Origin: Vulcanimicrobiota bacterium
GTDB taxonomy: Bacteria; Vulcanimicrobiota; Xenobia; Xenobiales; JADMJV01
Reading direction: 5' to 3'
Assembly (NCBI GenBank): GCA_050250895.1
Contig: JBFWNU010000003.1
Span: 427,302-491,301 of the forward strand
Length of the DNA: 64,000 bases
Shown: positions 45,900-55,266 of the stretch, in pieces
Position numbering within the stretch: position 1 is the stretch's first letter
Layout of the letters: each line of letters starts with the position of its first letter
Notes under the pieces: model-generated
The model's database searches: none
What the model saw: only the letters and a program-made list of their open reading frames with translations
Told to the model about the DNA's origin: nothing
Translations under genes and position numbers: made by a program

Positions 45900-46874
45900 T
45901 CAGCTTCGCTCCAACTGAGCGCAAGCCTGCCCCCCGAGCTGAGAATAGAAATCAGCCCGAGCCGATTGCCAGTCGCGACAATCGCGGCATACCACTGGCA
46001 GTTCGTCCCAGCGGGCCTCGCGGTGTTTCCGGCGAAAGTCCGCCAACGGCCCATTCCAGATCTCGGCCAGAGTCGAGGTGTTAGCGTCGCCAGCCACAAA
46101 CCTGGCGTCGAGATCCACGGCACAGGCCACCACCTGGCCTCGATCGGTAACCGACAAACTTTGCATGGCCCAGTAGCAGGGCCAACGCTCCTCCTGGCCC
46201 AGAACCAGATTCGAAGCCTCCACTTTGCCCGCCCAGCTGACTTTAGGCCGGATCTTGACCTGTGCTCCATGGCTGGTCCAAAAGTCGATAAAGAGCTGTG
46301 TCTCCTGGCTATTCTCTTCCATTTCAACGAACTGAACATAGACTTGAAGAGGTGAGGCCTTCTGATCGCGCAGGCGCAGAAGATGCTTCACATTCTTGAC
46401 CACTTTGGTGTAGTCTCCTCCAACTCGGATTTTCTCGTAGGTCTCTGGCAAGAAGGCGTCGATGCCGATATAGATGGCGTCGAGTTTTGAACCGATTAGC
46501 GCGTCGGCAGCAGCCTCGTCAAGAAGGTTGGCGTTCGAGTTGAGGACTACGTCGGTGAGCCCACGCTCCTTTGCGTAACGGATCCGGTGGAAGATCCCGT
46601 CGGGTTGGCGCCGGGTAATCAGGGCTTCGCCAAAAAACACCATCCAAACCCTGATGCCCGGGTCGGTGGCGGCGATCTCGTCAATGATCTTGACGAAAAG
46701 CTCCTCGGCCATGTAGCCTCGGGGCCGGGCCATTTGAGAATGGAAACACATCGAGCACTTGAGATTACAGAAACTCACGGTATCGATGAGCACCACTCGA
46801 GGAAATCCCCCCGCCGATTCATCCAGTCGGCCCTGTTTGCGTTGTTGAAGATATACTGCAGACTCTCGAGTCAT
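45900..46874 (-). CDS. Radical SAM/SPASM(twitch) protein
   Basis: CNLKCSMC; C-terminal PC...GQVVAC...CRDC; AAGGAG RBS before ATG 46874. Confidence 0.88.
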   Translation of the reverse strand: MTRESAVYLQQRKQGRLDESAGGFPRVVLIDTVSFCNLKCSMCFHSQMARPRGYMAEELFVKIIDEIAATDPGIRVWMVFFGEALITRRQPDGIFHRIRYAKERGLTDVVLNSNANLLDEAAADALIGSKLDAIYIGIDAFLPETYEKIRVGGDYTKVVKNVKHLLRLRDQKASPLQVYVQFVEMEENSQETQLFIDFWTSHGAQVKIRPKVSWAGKVEASNLVLGQEERWPCYWAMQSLSVTDRGQVVACAVDLDARFVAGDANTSTLAEIWNGPLADFRRKHREARWDELPVVCRDCRDWQSARADFYSQLGGQACAQLERS

Positions 46875-46930
46875 AGCGGTTGCTCCTTGGGTAGATCCTC
46901 CGATTTTGAGCCGTGGTTCGAGCGGGCACA

Positions 46931-46979
46931 TTGATGTGGATCAACACCGACCTCCTCGACTGCGGTTGATCCACATCAA
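46931..46979. promoter_or_regulatory. Two consensus FNR/DNR boxes serving divergent promoters
   Basis: TTGATGTGGATCAA (46931-46944) and TTGATCCACATCAA (46966-46979); -10 CAAAAT on minus and TAGAAT at 47002-47007. Confidence 0.88.
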
Positions 46980-47036
46980 GGAATGGATCGGCCTGGCCAT
47001 CTAGAATAGCCACCAACAAAGAAGGGGACATGTTGT

Positions 47037-48476
47037 ATGAAAAGATTACTGCTCGGGGTGTGCTTGGCGCTTTTATGCGCTTGTCAGACTCCTCCACCTA
47101 AGACTACTCCGGAAACGAATACGCCGGCCGTGGAGACTTCGTCGAACATTCAGGGCGAAGAGGATGCGGTGCTGACAGACGCGCCTAACGTACCCCCGCC
47201 CATCACTCGTAAACATGCCGCCAAAGTCAAGGTACATCTTGAGGTGGTCGAGGTCGAGGGGCGCCTGGCAGATGGGGTTCGCTACACTTTCTGGACCTTC
47301 GGCGGCCACGTGCCTGGCAAGTTCATTCGCATCCGAGAAGGTGATCAGGTCGAGTTCCACCTCAAGAATCGTCCCGATAACAAGATGCCTCACAACATCG
47401 ACCTGCACGCTGTCACCGGTCCTGGCGGCGGGGCTGCCGCCTCCTTGACCGCTCCCGGACACGAATCGGTCTTTTCTTTTCAAGCTCTCAATCCTGGCCT
47501 CTACGTTTATCACTGCGCTACGGCCCCGGTCGGTATGCACATCGCCAACGGCATGTACGGCCTGATCCTGGTCGAACCCAAAGAAGGCTTGCCGCCGGTG
47601 GACCGGGAGTATTACGTGATGCAGAGTGAGTTTTATACCGAGGGAAAATACGGTGCTGAAGGGCTGCAACCATTTAGCATGGAAAAGGCGCTGACCGAGA
47701 TCCCCGATTACGTAGTCTTCAACGGCTCGGTTGGCGCCATGGCCGGCGACAACGCCGTTAAAGCCAAAGTGGGAGAGACCGTCCGTCTCTATGTGGGCAA
47801 TGGTGGGCCCAACCTGGTCTCCTCCTTCCATGCCATCGGAGAGATCTTCGACACCGTCTATCAGGAAGGGGGTTCTGAGCCCACTCACGATGTCCAGACA
47901 ACTCTCGTTCCAGCGGGTGGCTCAGCCATCGTCGAGTTCAAATTGGAGGCCCCTGGTCGGTTTATCCTGGTGGACCACTCCATCTTTCGCGCCTTCAACA
48001 AAGGAGCAATCGCGATGGTCGCGGCCGAAGGAGAAGAAAACCAGCTCGTCTACTCTGGCAAAACGGCCGACAACGTGTATCTGGCGGAGGGGTCGACTAT
48101 CCAGAGTATGCCTGAGCGAACGGTTCCTGAGCAACCCAAAGCCCGGACCAAGGCCGAACGTATCGAAATGGGCGCAGCCGTTTTCAAACGCAACTGCGTG
48201 GCCTGCCACCAGGCTGAAGGCCAGGGTGTGAAAGGAGCCTTCCCACCGCTGGCAGAGTCGGATTTTCTCAATCAGAATCCAGAGAAGGCCATTTCGGCGG
48301 TGACCAACGGTCTGACCGGCGAGATTACCGTCAACGGAGCAAAGTACAATAACGTCATGCCCAAGCTGGGTCTGAGCGATGAAGACATCGCCAACGTGAT
48401 GACCTACGTCTTCAACAACTGGAAGAACAAGGGGAATGAAGTCACCCCTGCCCAGGTGGCCAAGTTACGCCAGTGA
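47037..48476 (+). CDS. nirK: Copper nitrite reductase with C-terminal cytochrome c (lipoprotein)
   Basis: [37 protein letters not shown]; CVACH; lipobox LCA|C. Confidence 0.95.
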   Translation: MKRLLLGVCLALLCACQTPPPKTTPETNTPAVETSSNIQGEEDAVLTDAPNVPPPITRKHAAKVKVHLEVVEVEGRLADGVRYTFWTFGGHVPGKFIRIREGDQVEFHLKNRPDNKMPHNIDLHAVTGPGGGAAASLTAPGHESVFSFQALNPGLYVYHCATAPVGMHIANGMYGLILVEPKEGLPPVDREYYVMQSEFYTEGKYGAEGLQPFSMEKALTEIPDYVVFNGSVGAMAGDNAVKAKVGETVRLYVGNGGPNLVSSFHAIGEIFDTVYQEGGSEPTHDVQTTLVPAGGSAIVEFKLEAPGRFILVDHSIFRAFNKGAIAMVAAEGEENQLVYSGKTADNVYLAEGSTIQSMPERTVPEQPKARTKAERIEMGAAVFKRNCVACHQAEGQGVKGAFPPLAESDFLNQNPEKAISAVTNGLTGEITVNGAKYNNVMPKLGLSDEDIANVMTYVFNNWKNKGNEVTPAQVAKLRQ

Positions 48477-49231
48477 TCCGTAGCTTGCTTCTGAGCCTGT
48501 TGCTCCTGGTGCCGGTCGCGGCCCAGGAGATGCGACCGATCAAGGGCGGGGTCTACACTCCACTCTATCGGGTCGGTGACCAGAAGCAGGTGGCGGTGGC
48601 CGACTTCGAGTTGTCGGCCTATCCGGTGACCAATTCCGATTTCCTGGCGTTTGTGCGCGCCAACCCAGAGTGGCGACGTTCGCGGGTGAAACGTATCTTC
48701 GCGGAGCCTCAGTATCTCAAGCATTGGAACGACGATTCGAACTTTGATGAAAGGCTATCCGACAGCCCGGTGGTCAACGTCTCATGGTTTGCTGCTCGAG
48801 CCTACGCTCGCTGGCGAGGGTGTCGCCTGCCGACTCAAGACGAGTGGGAATTGGCAGCCCGCGCTGACGAGACCAGCCTCGACGCCACGCGAAAGGAAGC
48901 CTTTCGGGGCCGCATCCTCGACTGGTACAGTCGCACCACTCCTTCGGCCCTGCCATCTGTCGGGCGTTGGCGCAACGTCTATGGTCTCTACGACATGCAT
49001 GGCCTGATTTGGGAGTGGGTGAGCGACTTCAATACCGTATTGGTGACAGGCGAGTCCCGTGAAGACGGGGGCATCAGCCGCAATCTCTATTGCGCCGCGG
49101 GTGCCCTGAATTCGACCGACCCTTCTGACTACGCCGCTTACATGCGCTATGCTTTCCGTTCGAGTCTCAAAGCAAACTATACCGTGAACAATCTCGGTTT
49201 TCGTTTAGCTCGCAGCAAAGGGGAACGTTGA
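48473..49231 (+). CDS. FGE-sulfatase domain protein (NirV-like)
   Basis: [30 protein letters not shown]; directly after nirK. Confidence 0.85.
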   Translation: MIRSLLLSLLLLVPVAAQEMRPIKGGVYTPLYRVGDQKQVAVADFELSAYPVTNSDFLAFVRANPEWRRSRVKRIFAEPQYLKHWNDDSNFDERLSDSPVVNVSWFAARAYARWRGCRLPTQDEWELAARADETSLDATRKEAFRGRILDWYSRTTPSALPSVGRWRNVYGLYDMHGLIWEWVSDFNTVLVTGESREDGGISRNLYCAAGALNSTDPSDYAAYMRYAFRSSLKANYTVNNLGFRLARSKGER

Positions 49232-49875
49232 TGAAGAAGAATTTGCTCTATGTCCTATTTGCGCTGAGTCTTGGCCTCGTCGCCAGCTGTAGTCGAACCC
49301 AGCCCAGCCCATCGGCAACTCCGTCAGGCGACGAGCAGCACGCCCATCACCATCACCAGGCAGTCGAGGCCGGCCCCCCCAGTCAGGATTCGATCTACAA
49401 TCTAGACGCCAGCTGGCAAGACCAGAATGGGCACCAACGACGCCTTGTCGAGGACCGCGGGCAGGTGGTAGTGCTGGCTATGATCTACTCCTCGTGCAAA
49501 GGGGCCTGCCCCCGGATCGTGGCGGACATGCAAGCCATCGAGCAGACGGTCGCGTCTGCGCATCCCGGCAAGGTGGCGTTTCGTCTGGTCAGCTTCGATC
49601 CGCAGGTCGACAGTCCAGAGCGATTGCGCCAATATGCTCAAGAGGCGAAGCTAGGCTCCGACTGGGCGCTTCTCTGCGGCCCCGAGGACCAGGTGTTGGA
49701 GTTGGCCGCGCTGCTGGGCGTGAAGTATCGCCGCACAGGACCCTCTGATTTTGCTCACTCTAATCTAATCACGGTGCTCGATCATCAGGGCGAGATCGTC
49801 TATCAGCAGGAGGGCCTGGGTGTGGACCCGGCCGCCATGCTGGCCGCCATCGAGCAACTCCTGGCCGGCCACTGA
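49228..49875 (+). CDS. SCO-family copper chaperone lipoprotein
   Basis: CKGACP, SFDP, FAHSN; His-rich linker HAHHHH. Confidence 0.9.
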   Translation: MMKKNLLYVLFALSLGLVASCSRTQPSPSATPSGDEQHAHHHHQAVEAGPPSQDSIYNLDASWQDQNGHQRRLVEDRGQVVVLAMIYSSCKGACPRIVADMQAIEQTVASAHPGKVAFRLVSFDPQVDSPERLRQYAQEAKLGSDWALLCGPEDQVLELAALLGVKYRRTGPSDFAHSNLITVLDHQGEIVYQQEGLGVDPAAMLAAIEQLLAGH

Positions 49876-49972
49876 AAAGCCATCGGGGGACGGAACATGC
49901 CTGTCGGTGGAGGAAGGTCGGCTCGCCGCAAGGCGTCGATCCTGTCTCCGCAGAACGACGACGCGCTGCGGT

Positions 49973-49997
49973 CCCCGGCTTCAAAGCCCGGGGTTTC
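49973..49997 (+). terminator. Possible terminator of the nirK operon
   Basis: CCCCGG-CTTCAAAGC-CCGGGG followed by TTTC. Confidence 0.4.
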
Positions 49998-50006
49998 AGT
50001 CGCTTG

Positions 50007-50020
50007 ATGATTTGGATCAG
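50007..50020 (+). promoter_or_regulatory. Degenerate FNR/DNR box
   Basis: ATGATTTGGATCAG; -10 TATGCT at 50043-50048; +1 equals GTG 50055. Confidence 0.6.
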
Positions 50021-50054
50021 TGTCACCCCTCCCAGATGATGATATGCTCGGCCG

Positions 50055-50453
50055 GTGAGGGATGGCCGCCGGCCGAATCATATTCTCGCCGTCGATGATG
50101 AGCCTCAGGTGGCGCACGTGCTCGAGAGGTTATTGCTGCGGCTGGGCTACCAAGTGTCGATGTTCACCACTGCCGCCGAAGCCCTGGCTGCCTTTACACT
50201 CAGGCCCGAAGACTATCAGCTCTTAATCACCGATGAAGAAATGCCGGTCATGAAGGGCCACGAACTGGTTGCTTCTGCCCGTCTGCTCAGGCCGGATTTG
50301 AAGGTTCTGCTGGTATCTGGCAGCGCGTTGCACAGCACGATGCTAAGCGAACGCCATTTGGCCAAGCCTTATTCGCTCGTTGCCTTGGGCGAGGCGATTG
50401 GGCAAGTCCTCATCAGCTCTCCACCAGCGGATCCCCGAGAGCTGCTTCTCTGA
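50055..50453 (+). CDS. Single-domain response regulator
   Basis: ILAVDDE, LLITDEEMP, LVSG, AKPY. Confidence 0.88.
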   Translation: MRDGRRPNHILAVDDEPQVAHVLERLLLRLGYQVSMFTTAAEALAAFTLRPEDYQLLITDEEMPVMKGHELVASARLLRPDLKVLLVSGSALHSTMLSERHLAKPYSLVALGEAIGQVLISSPPADPRELLL

Positions 50454-50868
50454 CGGCGCTAGTCGACAATCTAAGCGTTACGTCGGGTCTCGCCCCAGCC
50501 GCGTCGGAAAGGTCTTTGAGCGACGTCAGCTTTTCGACGGCACTGCGAATTCGGGTGACGCAGTCGGACAATCCGTCCCTTCAAGGCTGCCAGGAGCCGA
50601 TCGCGTGAGATCTGTGCTCGAGACCAGCGAACCGTGACCTACTTGATACTGGGACATCACACGTCGATGACGAATCGCTACGCATACCGATAGTGGTCAG
50701 CAAGTCGGCCAGCCACGCTTTGGTTCATAGCGTTCCCGAGATGGCAGCGCAGCAGGGCCGTGCCAGCTGGTGCGTGGCCCGGGTACTGTCGGTGAGAATA
50801 GGTACAGGCAGTCAAATTGTATCCCTCCTGGTGCGGCACAACGAATCCCATTCCCGCCCATGGTTGGC

Positions 50869-52095
50869 CTAGTTGCTCCTGGTCGTCTCGGGCATTTCAG
50901 TGCGCAAACGCCGAGCGAGTGCCTCGGGGAAAGGGAAGCTGCCGGGCCGATAGGCGCAGTAAGGGTCCTCGTCGTGGGGGTCGCCGCTAAAAGCGAAGGC
51001 ACGCGAACGAGAACCCGCACATAGTCGTTTAAACTCGCAGGCACCACAGCGGCCCTTCAGGCGGTCGGGATCGCGGAGTTCGTGAAAGAGGGGAGCGCTT
51101 CGATAGATGTCAGCCAGGGGTTGCCGGCGCACGTTGCCGGCCGACAGGGGTAGAAACCCGCTGGGAAAGACGTCTCCTCGATGAGAGATGAACACAAACC
51201 CGTTGGCCGCGTTGATGTGCATGGGAGTCCTCTGGAGTTCCACTCGCGAAGACAGCCCCCGGGTCTTGACGATTACTTCCAGTCGAGAGTGCAGGCGTCG
51301 ATAGAGAGGGTGCAGCCCCTCAGAAGCGTCCTTCCCGTGTTCCTCAAAGATGGCCCTCTGTACTAGTACCCTTTTGAAGTGATGACCCTCGGTCGTCTTG
51401 ACGCTCAGGTAGCGCCCGCAGTCCGCCAGGAAGTGCATCACGGCCTCGCATCACGGCCTCGCATTCATCGGGCCTGAGATCCTGTTCGGCTCGGCCGCGG
51501 CCGGTGGGCACCAGGAAGAAGACGCTCCAGGTCATGGCGCCCAATTCCTTGACAAGCGCGAAGAGGTCGAATAGATCATCAAGGTTGTGGCGCGTCACCG
51601 TGCTGTTGATCTGAACCCTCAGTCCCACTTGCCGAGCCGCTCTCCATCCCTCGAGGGTGAGTTGGAACGAGCCCGACACCCACGGAATGCGTCGTGGGAG
51701 TCGGCCGTCGAACCGTCGAGGCTGAGAGAAACGGCCTTTGCGCCAGCCTGGTGAATCAACTTTAGATTGGTTTGGTTCAGCAGGGGAGTGCCCGACGGAG
51801 AGACGGCCGCCGCTAGGCCGAGCTTTGAAGCATAGCCCACCAGGTCGGTGAGATCCGACCGCTTGAACGGATCCCCGCCCGTAAAAACGACGATCGGTGA
51901 AGGTTTGCCAAAGTCGAGAATTTGCTTCAGAAGACGATGCCCCTCCTGGTTGGTCAAGGCCAGAGGGTCGTGGTTCGGCCGGGCACTAGCTCGGCAATGC
52001 CCACAGACCAGGTCGCAGGCTTGGGTTACCTCCCAGATGATCATGAAGGGCCGCTCCTGGCGAGCTGCTCGAGGATGACGAATTAGCTTTCTCAC
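50869..52095 (-). pseudogene. AhbD/NirJ-like radical SAM/SPASM gene broken by two frameshifts
   Basis: WEVTQACDLVCGHCRA, FFLVPTGRG and KGRCGACEF lie in three separate ORFs; 13-bp tandem duplication at 51435-51460; apparent lost G near 51680. Confidence 0.85.
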
Positions 52096-52129
52096 CCGAG
52101 CAGCATGACAGGGCCAGGACGATCCGCCA

Positions 52130-52143
52130 TTGACCTGGGTCAA
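52130..52143 (-). promoter_or_regulatory. FNR/DNR box
   Basis: TTGACCTGGGTCAA; -10 CATGCT at 52107-52102; +1 equals GTG 52095. Confidence 0.8.
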
Positions 52144-52147
52144 CCCG

Positions 52148-52441
52148 TCAATCGATGTGGTTGATCACGAGAATCATCACCGCGAAGAGAATATAGAACA
52201 ACCAAACTGGCAGGAAGAACAGTTGGGCTCCGGCGTGGGAGTCCATCAGCTTGTCTACCAGTCGCCCCTGCTCGCGGCGTAGACGGTAGCCAAGATCAAG
52301 GATAATGGAGGCCAGATAGCCCCAAAGCCCGATAAAGTCTGGGCCTTTGAAAAAGAACACCTCGCGGAGGATGGTCCAAATCACCAGGCCACCAAACACC
52401 AGGGCGATGGCGCCAAAGCCCAGAGCATTTCCGAAGATCAT
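52148..52441 (-). CDS. Small hypothetical membrane protein
   Basis: 97 aa with about 3 hydrophobic segments. Confidence 0.5.
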   Translation of the reverse strand: MIFGNALGFGAIALVFGGLVIWTILREVFFFKGPDFIGLWGYLASIILDLGYRLRREQGRLVDKLMDSHAGAQLFFLPVWLFYILFAVMILVINHID

Positions 52442-52489
52442 TCAACTGCATTCGGTGGCACGGATGCTCTCCCTGGGGGACCGGGCCGG

Positions 52490-52503
52490 TTGACCTATGT
52501 CAA
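52490..52503 (+). promoter_or_regulatory. FNR/DNR box of the nos operon
   Basis: TTGACCTATGTCAA; -10 TACTCT at 52526-52531. Confidence 0.82.
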
Positions 52504-52582
52504 GGTCGCCCCTCCGCGATAGCCCTACTCTGAAGCTGCGACCCGGCCAGCAGGTCGGAGCCTTCGCAGAAGAGGAGAAGCT

Positions 52583-54604
52583 ATGAAGAAGAAAACATTC
52601 GGCTTCCACGCATCCTCCTGGATCAACACCCTGATGATCGTCATTGCCCTGGTAGCTATAGGGCTGGTGGTCTTCCGGGCCCGGCAGCATAAGACCACCC
52701 CGGCTGCGGCTGCGGGAGGAGACGTGTTGGCCGTGGCCCAGGCACGCGGGCTGACCCCGGATGATGTGCTGGCGGCCGTGAAGACATACACCCCCAGCGG
52801 CAAGCTCGATGACTACGTGATGTTCTCATCGGGCGGCCACTCTGGCCAGGTCTACGCCATCGGCTTGCCGTCGATGCGCTTGTTGAAGTCCATCGCGGTA
52901 TTTACGCCTGAACCCTGGCAGGGCTGGGGCTACGGAGCCCTCGAGTCGATGGAGACCCTGGCTGGCGGAGACTATCAAGGTAAGCCGCTGACCTGGGGCG
53001 ACACCCATCATCCCGCTCTCAGCGAGACCGACGGCGACTATGACGGCGAGTTCTTGTTCGTCAACGACAAGGGCAACGCCCGTATCGCCACCATCAGCCT
53101 CAAGGACTTCGAGACCAAGCAGATCATCAAGAACCCGCTGGTCCTCAACGACCATGGTGGAACGATGGTGACGCCCGACACCGAGTGGGTCATCGAAGGT
53201 GGCCAGTATGCGGCGCCCCTCGATGGCAACTACCAGTCGATGGACGATTACGCCGACGCCTATCGAGGCCTGGTGACCCTGTGGAAGTTCGACCGCAAGG
53301 CGGGCAAAATCGACCCGGCCCGTTCGTTTGCCATCGAGCTGCCCCCCTATTGGCAAGACCTGTTTGATGCCGGCAAGGGAGTCAGCAAAGGCTGGATCTT
53401 CGGCAACTCCTTCAACACCGAGATGTCGACCGGAGGAACCCTCGAGAAACAGCCTCCTTTCGAGGCCGGCGCCTCTCAGCGTGACATGGACTATCTCCAC
53501 ATCATTGACCTGGAGAAGGCTGTCAAAGTGGCCGAGGCTGGCCAGACCGAGACCATTCAGGGGTTCAAAGTGATTAGCCTCAAGACCGCGGTGGAAGAAG
53601 GCTTGCTCTTTTTTGCACCCGAGCCCAAGAGCCCTCACGGGGTCGATGTCACCCCCGGCGGCGAGTACATCGTCATCTCGGGCAAGCTCGACCCTCACGT
53701 TACCGTCTACAGCTTCGAGAAGATTCGCCAGGCCATCGCCGCCGGGCCCACCGAGAAGGATGCCTACGGCGTGCCGATTCTCGATTTCGACCAGGTCAAA
53801 GAGGCCCAGATCGAGGTCGGCCTCGGACCTCTCCATACCCAGTTCGACGACAAAGGCTATGCCTACACCAGTCTGTTTCTCGATAGCGCGGTGGCGCGCT
53901 GGAGCCTGGGCGGGCCCTATGCTGAAAAGCATCCCGAAGAAGGCTGGACACTGGTGGGGACCATTCCCGTCCATTACAACGTCGGTCACATCTCGTGCGC
54001 CGAGGGTGACACCGCCAGCCCCGACGGCAAGTATCTGGTCTCGATGAACAAGTGGTCGGTAGACCGCTTCGCCAACGTAGGACCGCTCTTGCCCCAGAAC
54101 TTCCAACTCATCGACATCGAGCAGCCCGGCCAAACGATGCAACTTCTCTACGACATGCCCATCGGCTTTGGCGAGCCCCACTACGCTCAGATCTGCAAGG
54201 CCGACAAGCTGCACCCCTTCGAGGTCTATCCAGAAGTCGGCTACAATCCCCACACCGGGGCCAAAGATCCGTACACCACCATGCCGGGCCAGGAGAAGGT
54301 CGTGCGCCAGGGTACTACCGTCGAGATCTGGTCGACGGTTGTGCGCAGCCACTTCACTCCTGACCGGGTCGAGGTCAAACGCGGCGAGCGGGTCATCTGG
54401 CACCTGACCAACATCGAGCAAGCCAAAGATGCCACCCACGGGTTCGCCATCGCCGGCTACAACATCAACCTCAGCCTGGAGCCGGGCGAAGCCAGCACCA
54501 TCGACTTCGTGGCCGATACCCCGGGCGTCTACCCCTTCTACTGCACCGAGTTCTGCTCCGCTCTCCACCTGGAGATGATGGGCTACCTGCTAGTCAAGCC
54601 GTAA
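52583..54604 (+). CDS. nosZ: Nitrous oxide reductase, clade II (Sec-type)
   Basis: SGGHSGQ, DTHHP, NDHG, SPHG, GPLHT, VGH, EPH; CuA YCTEFCSALHLEM; no Tat twin-Arg. Confidence 0.96.
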   Translation: MKKKTFGFHASSWINTLMIVIALVAIGLVVFRARQHKTTPAAAAGGDVLAVAQARGLTPDDVLAAVKTYTPSGKLDDYVMFSSGGHSGQVYAIGLPSMRLLKSIAVFTPEPWQGWGYGALESMETLAGGDYQGKPLTWGDTHHPALSETDGDYDGEFLFVNDKGNARIATISLKDFETKQIIKNPLVLNDHGGTMVTPDTEWVIEGGQYAAPLDGNYQSMDDYADAYRGLVTLWKFDRKAGKIDPARSFAIELPPYWQDLFDAGKGVSKGWIFGNSFNTEMSTGGTLEKQPPFEAGASQRDMDYLHIIDLEKAVKVAEAGQTETIQGFKVISLKTAVEEGLLFFAPEPKSPHGVDVTPGGEYIVISGKLDPHVTVYSFEKIRQAIAAGPTEKDAYGVPILDFDQVKEAQIEVGLGPLHTQFDDKGYAYTSLFLDSAVARWSLGGPYAEKHPEEGWTLVGTIPVHYNVGHISCAEGDTASPDGKYLVSMNKWSVDRFANVGPLLPQNFQLIDIEQPGQTMQLLYDMPIGFGEPHYAQICKADKLHPFEVYPEVGYNPHTGAKDPYTTMPGQEKVVRQGTTVEIWSTVVRSHFTPDRVEVKRGERVIWHLTNIEQAKDATHGFAIAGYNINLSLEPGEASTIDFVADTPGVYPFYCTEFCSALHLEMMGYLLVKP

Positions 54605-54615
54605 GGAGACCGACC

Positions 54616-55266
54616 ATGTTAGAGAAGCTCCTGGGACCTCGTGTCCCCAGCCGGGAGATGGCCCGGCACCGGGCCCGCTACCTGCTGCCGACGCTTCTCC
54701 TGTTGCTGGCCAGCGGGATGCTGCTGGGCTCTACCCGGCTGCCGTACTGGCGAATGGAATTGCAAGCCCCGCAGTATCCTGGCGGCCTGGCCGTGACCGT
54801 GTTCGTCGACCACACCGAAGGCGACGTCAAGGAGATCGACGGCCTCAACCACTACATCGGTATGCGTCCTCTCGACGAGGCGGCCCGTCTCGAGCGAGAG
54901 CTAGGGCTAGAGGCCATCATGGCCATGGCGCTGCTGGTCTTGCTGGCGACCTTACTGCACAACCGACTGGCCGTGCTGATGACCGTCCCCGGGCTGCTGT
55001 TTCCGGCCATCTTCCTGGCCGACCTTGGCTGGTGGCTGTGGTACTTCGGTACCCACCTCGACCCGCACGCTCCACTGAGCAGTTCTATCAAGCCGTTCGT
55101 GCCCCCGGTGCTGGGGGCAGGCAAAGTGGGACAGTTTCAGACGGTGGCCACTCCCGAGACGGGCCTGTGGCTGGCCATGCTCGCCTCGCTGGTGATGGTG
55201 ACCGGACTCTACTTTCACTGGCGGGCCTACCGGCCGCTCTGTCGACGACAGGAGAACCCAGCATGA
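54616..55266 (+). CDS. Clade II nos membrane protein (NosB-like)
   Basis: LPYW...APQYP..L, EIDGLNHYIGM, LDPHAPL; directly after nosZ. Confidence 0.8.
   Translation: MLEKLLGPRVPSREMARHRARYLLPTLLLLLASGMLLGSTRLPYWRMELQAPQYPGGLAVTVFVDHTEGDVKEIDGLNHYIGMRPLDEAARLERELGLEAIMAMALLVLLATLLHNRLAVLMTVPGLLFPAIFLADLGWWLWYFGTHLDPHAPLSSSIKPFVPPVLGAGKVGQFQTVATPETGLWLAMLASLVMVTGLYFHWRAYRPLCRRQENPA

Noticed and set aside
52826-54568. Long antisense ORFs (also 3027..4580, 7711..9150, 9202..10320, 37830..39035)
   Set aside because: Shadows of GC3-biased genes on the opposite strand, with no recognisable motifs.
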